Assembly (NCBI GenBank): GCA_965214605.1
Contig: OZ243961.1
Span: forward strand, 2,336,001-2,400,000
From: an uncultured Candidatus Binatia bacterium
GTDB lineage: Bacteria > Desulfobacterota > Binatia > Bin18
Length of the DNA: 64,000 nucleotides
Direction: 5' to 3'
Of the stretch, positions 1 through 10,125 are shown one piece after another. Position 1 is the first letter of the stretch. The number at the start of each line of letters is the position of its first letter. The notes beneath the pieces are model-generated. The model worked only from the letters and a program-made list of their open reading frames with translations. It did not search any database and was not told the origin of the DNA. The position numbers were made by a program, and so were the translations under genes.

Positions 1-1040
1 CGGACTGCGCATTCATCCTTCGGGGCCGCAAGGTCTGTATCGCCCAGGCCCGCATCAAGGGGCGAAGCAGGCGCATCGTCATCGCCCAGTACAATGAGAT
101 GGAGCCTGCCGAGGCCGCCGCACAAACGACATCCTCGCTCGCATCTGCGCCGGCGAGAAGCCCGCCGAGGATATCCGCAGGGAGAAAGAGACCCCGACCT
201 TCCACGAGTTCACGGAAGAATCCCTACGCCGGTGCGAGCCTCACTAGGATCCGCCGGGACGCAAGACCGTACGCATCTACCCTCAAGACCTGTATCCTGC
301 CCGCGCTCGGCAGGACACCCCTCGACCATATCGGGCCCGAGGACGGCGCCGTGTGGTTCGACGCGGCAAGCCGGGACAGACGCGGCACGGCAACCACGCC
401 TTCGAGATACGGCGCGCGATGATGGTCCGGGCCGAGGAATGGGGTTTGTATGGGCACGGCACCAATCCCCGTCTCGGCATCCACAAGAACCTGGGCAGAA
501 ACATCGCGCGGTTCCTCGACATCGACCAACCAGCGCGGCTCGGCTGCGCGCTTGATGCCAATGAGGCCGAAGGGCCCGAGGCCGCCGCCACGATTCGCCT
601 GCCCGCACTCACCGGGTGCTGGCGAAGCGAAGTGCTCAGTCTGCGCCGGCGCGGTATCGGGGCCGAAGCGATCAATCTACACAGCAAGACCGGCCCCCAT
701 GCCACACCGCTCGGCGAGGCCGCGGGAGCCCATATTGAGGTGCTCCCAGGCAACTGGAGACCCGATGCGTTTCTGTTCCCCCGATATGCCCACGGGCCGC
801 AGCATGCACAGCGTCGCGTCTTGCTGGTGGGCGGTACGCGCGGACGCAGGGCTTGGCAAGCTCCGCATTCACGATTTGCGGCGCACCATGGCCAGCTGTG
901 CCGTCATGTCCGGCGAGAAGCTGCTCGGGCAGCGAAGGCACCAGATCGCCGCCGGATATACTCACCTTGCCGACAAGCATCTCGTTGAGACGGCCGAGCG
1001 CGTCGAGAGTATCATCGCAGAGTCGATACGGGAATCAGAT
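1..1040 (+). pseudogene. Degenerate tyrosine recombinase/integrase (frameshifted, 5' end outside window)
   Basis: Integrase fragments in several frames: AMMVRAEEWG..NPRLGI, IRLPALTGCWRSEVLSL (catalytic Arg box), LRIHDLRRTMASCAVMSGEKLLGQRRHQIAAGYTHLAD (HxxR and Tyr boxes). Confidence 0.85.
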
Positions 1041-1615
1041 CAGCATCCCGCCGTCTTCTCGGAGATGAATTCTTCCCATGCCCCAATTGCTTGGGTTGCT
1101 AATTCAAATGCGTTCAGGCTCTTTCCACTGTTATCGATATAAAAAATCATTTTATGACGGACTAGAGAACCTTCTTTTGTTTGATTTAATTCACCACTGT
1201 CCTGCGAATCCTCGTATAACGTCGTTCCATCAGAACGAGAGTGTGTTATATGAGCACGGTCTCTTGTATCATGGCATTCATGAAAGGAAAGTCCGATATG
1301 TTTCCTTGAAAATTTTGCAGGGTTACCACTTCTGGGGCGATGCTTGAGTTCAAGATGTTTTATGCCGTTGCATACATCAGCACAGATTGACAAGAACTCA
1401 TTGTTGCTTACGAAGCTCTCAGCTTCTTGTTTCGTACAAGTAAAGTTTTCATCATTTATCATCCAGTCCTTTAGATGGTAACAATGAACAAAAAATGACC
1501 GAACGTCGTCTTCGTACCACAGCGGCGAGCAGTCATTTTCTACCCCATCGTTGATTCTCTTAAAACGTTCATAATATCGTTTGGCCCTTTCGAACTGTTC
1601 CACATACTTGGCCAT
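1040..1615 (-). CDS. Hypothetical protein, HEPN-like (191 aa)
   Basis: ATG at 1615 with AGGAG RBS overlapping the end of the upstream R-M gene; AT-rich; motifs FFVHCYHLKDW and CADVCNGIKH resemble HEPN-type N..KH signatures (inference). Confidence 0.6.
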   Translation of the reverse strand: MAKYVEQFERAKRYYERFKRINDGVENDCSPLWYEDDVRSFFVHCYHLKDWMINDENFTCTKQEAESFVSNNEFLSICADVCNGIKHLELKHRPRSGNPAKFSRKHIGLSFHECHDTRDRAHITHSRSDGTTLYEDSQDSGELNQTKEGSLVRHKMIFYIDNSGKSLNAFELATQAIGAWEEFISEKTAGC

Positions 1616-1619
1616 GCTG

Positions 1620-4600
1620 TTAGCTCCTGTGGAGTATGGCCGCAACGCAGCGAGCCATATCGCTGAAGTGCTGGACTTCCTCGGGATTGAGTGGGCGGTC
1701 GAGGATATCGCGTTTACGATAGGAGAGCCATTTCTTGAGGACCTGGTAGCCGCCGAGCTTGTAGGTCCAGACGGCGGCGGGAACACTGCGCCAGAAGGCG
1801 CGGCCGTTGAGGTAGACGTCGAATGTCGTTTCGCCGAGCACGGCCGCGGCGTTTCCCAGAGCGGCACGCTCGTTCGGCGTGTAGGCGCGTTCGACAACGC
1901 GGCCCTGCCCCGGCATCACGGCCCCGCCCTGCCCATAGTGTCCCCACCCGGCCGTGACGGCAAAGTCATCGCCGGTCATATTGCGCCCGTCCGTCGTGGC
2001 GGGAACCGCGACAGCAGCGATTTCCGGTCGCAGAGTCCCTTCCGTGATCCCCGGAACGGGCATATCGGGGTCGAGCAACCGAGCAAGCTCGCGGCCCCGC
2101 GCCGCCGATTCTGCAAGCGCTTCCGCCGCGCCTTCGGCCCTGTCAGCGGGCCAAGCCGGAAGCGGAATACGTGGCCATTCCGTGCGCAGCGCCCCGGCGT
2201 TGGCCTCACGGTAGGTGGGATCGTGCAGGACGGCAAGGACATGGTGGAACAGGTCTTCGACGTTCGCCCCGAGGCGTTCGAGCCAGCATTGCACGCTGCC
2301 TGACAGGTTGGGGCGGCGGGACGTGCCCTCCCCGATTCCGAAGCCGTCATCACGAAGCCATACGGGCATGCATGTCGCGCCCCGATCCATGAGGTCGAGA
2401 CAACCGATATGCGTAATCACCTGTGGCGGCGACCACTCGCGGCGTGGCTTTTGTTGCGTGACCAGCCACTTGTTCTCCTTGAACACATGCGGCCGGTAGG
2501 GGGTGCGCTTCTCGTCGAGCAGCTTCGTTTCCGCTTCCCAGTAAAGCCACCGGTTGTCGAATGGCCGGTAGGCGAAGCGGAGGAACCCGGCCTCAATGGG
2601 CCCGCCGCGCGCGAGTAGCGTATCGCGCACCGCACGTGCGTCGAACCGCGCCGTGGTCTTCATGACGCCCGGATAGCGCCGGGCGATCTCGTCATGACTC
2701 AACTCAGGGTCGAAGTAATCGCGGATGCGCGCCTTGAGCCGGTCGAGATCGACATCGACTAGGAACCCGTCGCGGCTGGTCTTGACGCCGGGAAACGATA
2801 CCGGGAACAGATCGGGCAGCGCCGGCCAGTCGAACCAGTCCTTGCTCACCGCCGTTTGCACGAACGGCAGACCGAGCGGCAGGATCGGCTTGATGTCGTC
2901 GTAAAGCGTGTCCGGCTCCGCTTCCGCCGACTCTAGCAGTTCCCCGCGCTTGGCTTTTCCCCACAGGTGGCGGAAGCCCACCGCTTCGATGGGCGCGTGA
3001 TTGGCCTTGCGCACGAGCGTCGTGATAGCCGTTCCGACCTGAATACCGACAGAGCTACCTGGAACCGTAAAAACGCTCGAGTCCGGCTGACCATCGGGCG
3101 TCTTTCCTCCCTTGCGAACGTCCCCATTCAGGCAATCAATCCGAATCGCGTCGAACGCTTCAAGGTAGCGCTCCCGCATCCCTGTGAACGATAGTCCGTC
3201 GAGCCAGGAGTAGTTGGAGATGAAGCAGACCACGCCCCGGCCCGTCTTCTCGGCAATGCGCTTCTCCGCCATGCGGAAGAAGCGGACGTAGAGATCGTTC
3301 AGCCCCTGGCCCTCCGGACGGCGCACCCGCGTCGTCCAACGGTAGGCCTCGGACAACTCCCGTTCCTCGTCCACCGCCATGCCGGCAAAACCGTTATAGG
3401 GCGGGTTGCCGAGGATTACGAGGATCGGCGTCTCCTGCTTGACCCGCTCCGCCCGGTCGCGTTCCTCCTCCAACTCGGGGAAGGGCAGCGGCTTGGGCGG
3501 GTGTGGCTCCCAGCCGGTGAGCGCGTTGGTGAGGAAGACCCCGGCCCGCTCCTGCCTGTCATCCGCCAGCGGTGCGTCGAGGTCCTGCATAGTGAGCCCG
3601 ACTTGCAGATGGGCGACGACGAAAGGCGCGGGCATGATCTCGAAGCCAAACACCCGTTCCAGCACCGCCTGCTTCACCCGTGCGCCGGCGAGCGCCCCGA
3701 GGCCCCGGCCTGCGAGGTTGGCCGCGATGCGGCGCAGCACTTCCGCCAGATACGCCCCGGTGCCGCAGCACGGGTCGAGCACGTAGACGTTCTCCGCCGC
3801 GAGCCCGTCGCCGATGCCGAGATCGTCCTTCAGCGCCTTGTCCACGCGGGCGACCATGTAGCGGACCACTTCCGCCGGCGTGTACCAGACGCCCAACCGC
3901 TTGCGCAGTTCGGGATCGAAGGCTTCGAGGAACGGCTCGTAGAAGTAGGGCACCGCCTCACCCTCGTTGAAGCGGGCGAGGAACGCCGCCCGGTCCACCC
4001 GGTCGAGCGCCGCGGCGGTCCAGTCCAGCACCTCGACCAGACCGAGCGACTGCAACCGTCCGGGTTGGGACACCTGTTGGAACAGCGCCGCCAGCACCGG
4101 CGCGAGCCGGGTCGCTCCCGCCGCCTCGACCCGCCCCAGCCCATTGCGGGCATAGGAGGCGAGTAGCCATGCCAAATCCTTGGGCTCGGCCAGCGCCGCG
4201 CGATGCGACAGCGCCCGGGCGAGATACTCGGCAAGACCCGCACCCACATCACGGGCGAAGGCGCGCGGTGTCTCGAGTCGGCGCGTGAACTCCGCCTCGC
4301 TGTCGGCGCAACGGAACGTCTCCAGCGTGACCTCCCGGCCCACCGCGTCCGAGCCGACGAGCGTGAACTCGTGCAGGTTGGTCACCAGCACCAGGCTATA
4401 GCGACCCCAATAGCGCGTGACCTGCTCGCGCACACCGGGCGCGCTCGCGTCCACGGCCAGCGGCTTCACCTCCACCACGCCACGCTCCGGCGTCTGGCCC
4501 TCGCACGGCTGACCCCGCTGCACCTGCTTCGCCGTGTAGAGACCGAAGTCGGGGTGCCCCGCGCCCTGGTCGGCGAGCTCGCCGACGCAGAACACCTTGG

Positions 4601-4751
4601 GGGTGAGCGTCGCGCCGACCGCGTTGAGCAGGTTAGCGAGCGGCCCGTAGCTCGACCGCTCCCCGGTCGCACCGCCGGAGGCGCGCACGCGCCCGAGGTC
4701 GGCGAGATATGCCTCAACCGCCGCCGTTAGTTTCTTGTTCGTTCCCGTCAT
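1620..4751 (-). CDS. Single-chain restriction-modification enzyme: PD-(D/E)XK nuclease + N6-adenine MTase + Type ISP (LlaBIII-like) C-terminal specificity domain; no helicase motifs
   Basis: PDFG..VEVK, GVWYTP, LDPCCGTG (motif I), GNPPY (motif IV), YRPFD..LY, WPRIP, GGYQVLKKWLSYR; start placed at MTGTNKK (4751). Confidence 0.88.
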   Translation of the reverse strand: MTGTNKKLTAAVEAYLADLGRVRASGGATGERSSYGPLANLLNAVGATLTPKVFCVGELADQGAGHPDFGLYTAKQVQRGQPCEGQTPERGVVEVKPLAVDASAPGVREQVTRYWGRYSLVLVTNLHEFTLVGSDAVGREVTLETFRCADSEAEFTRRLETPRAFARDVGAGLAEYLARALSHRAALAEPKDLAWLLASYARNGLGRVEAAGATRLAPVLAALFQQVSQPGRLQSLGLVEVLDWTAAALDRVDRAAFLARFNEGEAVPYFYEPFLEAFDPELRKRLGVWYTPAEVVRYMVARVDKALKDDLGIGDGLAAENVYVLDPCCGTGAYLAEVLRRIAANLAGRGLGALAGARVKQAVLERVFGFEIMPAPFVVAHLQVGLTMQDLDAPLADDRQERAGVFLTNALTGWEPHPPKPLPFPELEEERDRAERVKQETPILVILGNPPYNGFAGMAVDEERELSEAYRWTTRVRRPEGQGLNDLYVRFFRMAEKRIAEKTGRGVVCFISNYSWLDGLSFTGMRERYLEAFDAIRIDCLNGDVRKGGKTPDGQPDSSVFTVPGSSVGIQVGTAITTLVRKANHAPIEAVGFRHLWGKAKRGELLESAEAEPDTLYDDIKPILPLGLPFVQTAVSKDWFDWPALPDLFPVSFPGVKTSRDGFLVDVDLDRLKARIRDYFDPELSHDEIARRYPGVMKTTARFDARAVRDTLLARGGPIEAGFLRFAYRPFDNRWLYWEAETKLLDEKRTPYRPHVFKENKWLVTQQKPRREWSPPQVITHIGCLDLMDRGATCMPVWLRDDGFGIGEGTSRRPNLSGSVQCWLERLGANVEDLFHHVLAVLHDPTYREANAGALRTEWPRIPLPAWPADRAEGAAEALAESAARGRELARLLDPDMPVPGITEGTLRPEIAAVAVPATTDGRNMTGDDFAVTAGWGHYGQGGAVMPGQGRVVERAYTPNERAALGNAAAVLGETTFDVYLNGRAFWRSVPAAVWTYKLGGYQVLKKWLSYRKRDILDRPLNPEEVQHFSDMARCVAAILHRS

Positions 4752-4833
4752 TGCTTCCGTTGTAGTCGAGCACGACCCACCGTACAAGCATCCGCGCAGA
4801 ATGACCGTCCCGCAGTGCGGGCACGAGACCGGA

Positions 4834-5148
4834 TCATGTGTGCAACGTGCACGCGCACCATTCGGCGGCCGTCCTGTCCCGGCGCACCTGTGCAAGTTCA
4901 TAGCTCGCCTGCAGCCGCATCCAGTGGGCCGCGGTGCCCCAGCCGATAGCCTCCAGTGCCAGCGCCATGTCCGTGGACACCCCGGCCTTGCTGTTCAGCA
5001 GGCGCGATAGCGTGCCCCGCTCGCAGCCGAGACGCGCCGACGTCTCGGTAACGTTCCAGCCCACTTCGTTCATGCTCTCGCGCATCAGCTCGCCCAGGTG
5101 CGGCGGGTTCGGCATTGGGCCGACGCGATCGCTTGCAGTGTCGTTCAT
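4834..5148 (-). CDS. higA: HigA-family antitoxin (XRE HTH)
   Basis: MPNPPHLGELMRE..GWNVTETSARLGCERGTLSRLLN..DMALAL..HWMRLQASYEL. Confidence 0.88.
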   Translation of the reverse strand: MNDTASDRVGPMPNPPHLGELMRESMNEVGWNVTETSARLGCERGTLSRLLNSKAGVSTDMALALEAIGWGTAAHWMRLQASYELAQVRRDRTAAEWCACTLHT

Positions 5149-5167
5149 GGTCAGCGCTCCCTTCCGG

Positions 5168-5290
5168 TCAGTGAGAGTTGATCGGATCCACGGCCACGGC
5201 GCCCCAGTTGCCCGAGACGCGGACGCTCCACCGGCCCGTGCGGTCGCCGTCCTTCAGAGGATGCAGCCGGAAGCCGTGCGCGTCGGCGCC
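5168..5290 (-). pseudogene. higB: HigB/RelE-type toxin, C-terminal fragment
   Basis: GFRLHPLKDGDRTGRWSVRVSGNW directly upstream of higA; N-terminal half and the VVFRF segment missing. Confidence 0.75.
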
Positions 5291-5654
5291 ACCCGGCCTC
5301 GACACGGCGAAAAAGCACGGTGACTCCAGTACGCTGGGACGGCAGACCAGCGGCGGTGCTTTCTGGCCCGTGCGCGTTTGGTTGAGAGTGATAGGCGCCC
5401 CTGCTTCTCGCGCCAGCGGTACCAAAGGTTTCTAACGCACTGTCACTCTTGGAGCTGGAGCAGCGACCACGACGCTGGAGCTTTCCTGCTGTTGCCGAGC
5501 GAAGCCTACCACGCCTCGTCACTGAGATGGGCTTGGGGGACTCAGGTGAACTAGTAGCAGTTGAACCGCCCGCCGCGGCCCACCAGTTCGCTACCCTGCT
5601 TGAAGATCCGGCGTTTGAGGAGTGGATAGCCCAGGCTTGCTTCCAGCACTTGCT

Positions 5655-6005
5655 GGGCTGTTTGGCGCGGAAGCGCTCGCACAATCGGCGGCACGGGTCT
5701 ACGAGCTGGCCCGGCTGCTCGACCCCGATACGCCCGTTCCTGGGATCACGGAAGAAACTCTACCTCCGGAAATCGCCGCCATCGCGGTTCCGGCCACGAC
5801 GGACGAGAGCACTGCATTGGGCGATGCCCTACCCGCGCTTGCCGAGACCACGTTCGACGTGTATCTCAACGCCGGCACCTTCCGGCGCAACGTACCTGCC
5901 GCTCTCCGGGATTCCCGGCTCGGTGGCTACTAGGTGCTCAAGAAGTGGCTTTTCTATCGCGAACACGCCATCCTTGGCCACTCGCCCGAGCCCGAGGAAG
6001 TCCAT
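5655..6005 (+). pseudogene. Orphan copy of the 3' end of the Type ISP-like R-M gene
   Basis: EALAQSAARVYELARLLDPDTPVPGITEETLPPEIAAIAVPATT..ETTFDVYLN..LGGY*VLKKW matches the C-terminus of 1620..4751, with an internal deletion and a stop. Confidence 0.88.
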
Positions 6006-6029
6006 AGTGCCCGAACAGTTGCCCCACTG

Positions 6030-6410
6030 GATATCCCCTTGCGACAAGTCATGGAGGTCTATCGACAAATTGGGAGAACGATGTGATCTTAAAAAGCAAA
6101 ATTTATCTGCGGCATTGAGAGAGTTTTTTCACGAGTTCAAGCATTCACAAGCATTCAACAGAGCGTATATAGTCAGATGCTGTATGAGGTTTCCGACCAT
6201 AGGGAGATCGACACGGTCATCCGCTGGCTTGATTTAATCTTCAGACTGTCTTGTCATAGTATGGTTTCAGATTGGATAGCTGATAAGCACGAAGAGCTTT
6301 CGGTGAAAATATCAGTTAGTCTTTCGTCCGGTAAGATGACGGAAAAGTGGTCAAGGAGAGAGATGGAGGTGCCAAAGAAGTACTGCGACGATGCGTGGAG
6401 TGTAAGAACT
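6030..6410 (+). pseudogene. AT-rich remnant of an unknown cargo gene
   Basis: Low-GC block with protein-like reading split across two frames (ORFs 5449..6237 and 6177..6509); no motif recognised. Confidence 0.3.
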
Positions 6411-6628
6411 AAAACGCCGCCTGGCGTAGACAATCGCACTTTCCCCGCGCATCCGCGAAGCGCCCAAAGCCCATCTGTGACAATGGCTTGCAGCCAGCGC
6501 GGCGTTTGAGCGCGGCATTTCCGATCTCCGAACCCGGCTCTGTTACCCGGCGTGTCCTGGGTGCTCCCCAACGACGGGGCGCCCGCGACGCGCTGGGCGC
6601 GACCGAAACGAACGGGAGGGACCGAACC

Positions 6629-7534
6629 ATGACGAACAGAGCGAAGCTCACGATGGCGGGCGCGCGCGCCTTCGGACGGACGCGAGCACGTGCTGTGGGA
6701 CAGCGCCGCGCCGGATCTCGGACTGCGGGCGCGACCGAACGGGCGGAAGACTTGGATCGTGCACCGGCGCTGCAACGGCTCCGTCGTCAAGCGGACGCTC
6801 GGCGCGCTGACGATCAAGGACGCACGGCACGCGGCGCGTGTGCTGATCGCCGATGCCGAAGAGAAGGGCGCAGGCGGCGGTCCCGATGGTGCGGACGTTC
6901 GCGTCGGCGTTCCTTGCCGACTGCGCGGAACGCTGGAAGCCCGCGACGCGGGCCAACTACGTGAACAACGTGCGGCGCTGGATCCTGCCCGCGTTCGGCA
7001 ACCGCCCGGTCGATGCGATCGGTACGAAGGATGTGCGGCGCTGGTTCGACGGAATCGCGGCCACGCATCCCGGCTCGTCGAACTGGGCGCTGGCGTCGAT
7101 GTCGTCGATGATGAAGCACGCGGAGGCGTTCGGACTGCGGCGCGAGGATTCCAACCCGTGCAAGGGAATGCGGCGGCGCAAGACGGGCTTCGAGGCGCAC
7201 CACCTGACAGAAGACGAGTTCGCGGCGCTTGGGCGTGCGCTCGACGGCGCGGAAGCGGATCATCCGGTCGCCGTCCCCGTGGTGCGCTTCCTGCTCTACA
7301 CCGGCCCGTGCCGTCCTCGCGGCGCGGCAACGGCGCACCAACTGCCCCTGGGTGTTCGCGTCGCCCTGCGGCAGGCCTGCAACGGTGGACAGGGAATGGA
7401 GCGCGATTCGCGAAGCGGCGGGACTGCCGGCACTGCGCATTCACGATCTCCGGCACAGCCACGCGGCGGTCGCGGTCAACGGCGGCGAGGGGCTACGCGT
7501 CGTTGCTGGATTGCTCGGCCATGCCGACATCTGA
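6629..7534 (+). pseudogene. Tyrosine recombinase with arm-type DNA-binding N-terminal domain (frameshifts, internal deletion)
   Basis: GGGAGG RBS and ATG at 6629; LWDSAAPDLGLRARPNGRKTWIV; WKPATRANY..ILPAFG; RFLLYTG; LRIHDLRHSHAAVAVNGGEGLRVVAGLLGHADI*. Confidence 0.88.
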
Positions 7535-7785
7535 TCTGTGGAGGTTCTGGACGAAGGCCCGCGACGAGGCCGGAATCGTGGCGGATGCCCAGTTGCATGA
7601 TGCGCCATGCGCACGCTTCGCACGCGGTCATGAACGGCGAAAGTCTGCACGTCGCCGGACGCCTACTCGGGCATCGCCGGGCCACCACGACGAACCGGTA
7701 CGTTCATCTAAACGACGCGACGTTGAGCGAAGCCGCTGAGCGTGTGGCGGTGGCGCTCAAATCCAAGCTTCAATCCCCCAACTGA
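7533..7785 (+). pseudogene. C-terminal fragment of a second, different tyrosine recombinase joined in tandem
   Basis: DLWRFWTKARDEAGIVADAQLHD..RHAHASHAVMNGESLHVAGRLLGHRRATTTNRYVHL. Confidence 0.85.
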
Positions 7786-7789
7786 ATGA

Positions 7790-8788
7790 GTGACGTATAC
7801 GATGAAGAACAATCCGCTCCCGCGACTAGATTCATCTCCCGAACTGAGGAGAAGGTTATTGCCCTATTGCCGTCTCAAGTTGGGCGAAATATGGACTGAT
7901 CCCGTGTGCGGACACCGGGTGGGATGCCTTGATGCGGCGAATCATCAACATGTATCGCAAATTATGACTGAAGAGCAAGCGCAATTGGCCATTCAGGACC
8001 CACCGTACAATGTAGCTGCATTCGAGAGAATGTCATTAGAAGAGTACGTTCAATGGTGTCGAACATGGGTATCTCATACGTTTAGCGTGTTGGCAGAAGA
8101 TTCTTCGCTGTACGTTTGGCTTGGTGCGGATCAGAATAATGGATTCCAGCCACTGCCTGATTTCATTTTGATGATGAGAGACCACGCATTTTCTCCAAGA
8201 AGCATGATTACCATGAGAAATCAACGCGGCTATGGCACTCAGAACAATTGGATGGCAGTTCGTCAAGAGCTACTTTACTACATCAAGGGAAAACCACAGT
8301 TCAATGTTGATGCGGAATATACGGATATTCCGAAGATACTTAAAGGTTACTACAAGAAGATAAACGGAAAAACCACTGAGAATTTGGAGCGAAGCCGTTC
8401 TGACACAATCAGGGCTGGCAATGTTTGGGTCGATATACAACAAGTATTTTATCGCATGGAAGAAAATGTTTCCGGCTGTTACGCCCAGAAGCCGATAAAG
8501 TGTATCGACCGAATAATTCGAGCTAGTTCATCTCCCGAAGATTTAGTGATCGATTATTTTGCGCATTCAGGAACGACCCTAATCGCAGCGGATTTGCTTG
8601 GGCGAAAATGCTACACACTGGATGTTGACCCGATATACACGGAGATAGTAATTCGCCGTCTTGAGAGAATGCGCGCCACAGGAAAGGCCGGATGGCAGAA
8701 CGGACATCCATTTGAGAGCGACGCACCTGATTTGGCTCGGGCGCCGGAAACGATCAATGAAACCAGCATTCAAGAATCACTATTCTAA
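7790..8788 (+). CDS. Site-specific DNA methyltransferase (N6A/N4C, beta-type motif order)
   Basis: DPPYN (motif IV) precedes AQKP and DYFAHSGTT (motif I variant); GTG 7790 or ATG 7802; lower GC. Confidence 0.9.
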   Translation: MTYTMKNNPLPRLDSSPELRRRLLPYCRLKLGEIWTDPVCGHRVGCLDAANHQHVSQIMTEEQAQLAIQDPPYNVAAFERMSLEEYVQWCRTWVSHTFSVLAEDSSLYVWLGADQNNGFQPLPDFILMMRDHAFSPRSMITMRNQRGYGTQNNWMAVRQELLYYIKGKPQFNVDAEYTDIPKILKGYYKKINGKTTENLERSRSDTIRAGNVWVDIQQVFYRMEENVSGCYAQKPIKCIDRIIRASSSPEDLVIDYFAHSGTTLIAADLLGRKCYTLDVDPIYTEIVIRRLERMRATGKAGWQNGHPFESDAPDLARAPETINETSIQESLF

Positions 8789-8799
8789 AGGTTACCGCC

Positions 8800-9519
8800 A
8801 TGGAGCATCTAAAGAATGAACTTGATCTGCTCTTGTCGGAACTGCCGAATGAAGAAGAGTTTAGGCGAATGCTCGATAGCCTCGTCTCGGTTTATCCATT
8901 CAATGAATATGAGTACATCATATCGAATTTGATTGCCGCAGAAATACTGACGCTAGATCGATATGTAGAACTGCGAGACGAATACATTGAACGGAATCTC
9001 TATTTGTATATTTTCGAAATTAGCGCTCCTCGCACTTTTGGAGAATCTTGGGCGCAAGGACATGTCAAGGAACTTGTGCCCAATGTTAGAAAGCCGTCAA
9101 AGAAGATAGACCGCAACTACTCTGGCCAATATGATCTATATTTAGAGGGGATTCGTATCGAAGTTAAAGCGTCGCGTGCCGTTGATGCCAAGTTGGATGC
9201 ACCGCTCTACGTCAAGGCGCTGTCGTCTGATTCGAAGAAGCCGTTTGGGATGAATTTTCAGCAGGTGAAGCCAGACTGCTGTGATGTATTTATTTGGATT
9301 GCCGTTTGGCGAGATGTTATTCGGTATTGGGTGCTGTCATCCAATGAAGTGGAGTCCAATCGACATTATTCGAAAGGTCAACATCGCGGGAATGTTGGTG
9401 AGGGCCAGTTGCATGTTAGGCACGACAACATCATGGAATTTGAAGATTACAGAGCGAAGCCGAATAAACTTGAGGAAGCGATCCGGCTAGCATATGACCG
9501 ACAACGAAACGCCAAATAA
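8800..9519 (+). CDS. Putative Type II restriction endonuclease (PD-(D/E)XK)
   Basis: YDLYLEGIRIEVKASR motif; 11 bp downstream of the MTase; same low GC. Confidence 0.75.
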   Translation: MEHLKNELDLLLSELPNEEEFRRMLDSLVSVYPFNEYEYIISNLIAAEILTLDRYVELRDEYIERNLYLYIFEISAPRTFGESWAQGHVKELVPNVRKPSKKIDRNYSGQYDLYLEGIRIEVKASRAVDAKLDAPLYVKALSSDSKKPFGMNFQQVKPDCCDVFIWIAVWRDVIRYWVLSSNEVESNRHYSKGQHRGNVGEGQLHVRHDNIMEFEDYRAKPNKLEEAIRLAYDRQRNAK

Positions 9520-9900
9520 CGAGACCGCGCTGGTATGGCTAGCAGTTGACGTACAGTGAGGCAGTGCCGTGTCCTGGATAGTCAGTGGTGCAAGCGGTCA
9601 AGCAAGAAGTTGGCTTGGAATTCGGGGTAATATAAAGCATTGTAAGAAAAGGAGAAATTAAGGCTTGGTTGGAGTAATAGGAGGAGTACGTTAGGGCATC
9701 AACGATGCGTGACGTGCCGAAGGGCGTCGCTTACGCGCTTCCTTCCTGCCAAACGGTCGGGAAAAGAAAGCCGTTCTGCAATCGGCACTTAGCCCGAGCG
9801 GCGCTTGAGCGCCCGCGCCCGCCGCGCACTTGATGAAACAGTTCCCAAACCGCTGCGCGGCTTCCGAGTACCACTATAGGAAACACGAGGTAACAAAGCA

Positions 9901-10125
9901 ATGCATGGGAACGCATACATGGGCAACGTCATTCACTCGGCCCGTACTGTCGGCGGCGGTGCGGGCTTGACCGTCATCCGTCGGGCAGCTGCTGTCGCAC
10001 CTGGTCCCGCAGCGTATCGGCGGGCCGGGCCCACGTTACCGCTCAGCAGAGTTGCTGCCGGACGTGACGCCGCGCCGGTCGCGTCGCTTACAGCGCGTAA
10101 TGTGGCGCGCTACACTGGAGCATGA
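9901..10125 (+). CDS. Small hypothetical ORF upstream of higB
   Basis: GAGGT RBS before ATG; stop overlaps higB start (ATGA); no motif recognised. Confidence 0.3.
   Translation: MHGNAYMGNVIHSARTVGGGAGLTVIRRAAAVAPGPAAYRRAGPTLPLSRVAAGRDAAPVASLTARNVARYTGA

Noticed and set aside
4752-4901. N-terminal extensions in the ORF track (also for tcmP, fhs, clpB, the dioxygenase and the MBL hydrolase)
   Set aside because: They overlap neighbouring genes or lack family similarity; downstream starts fit better
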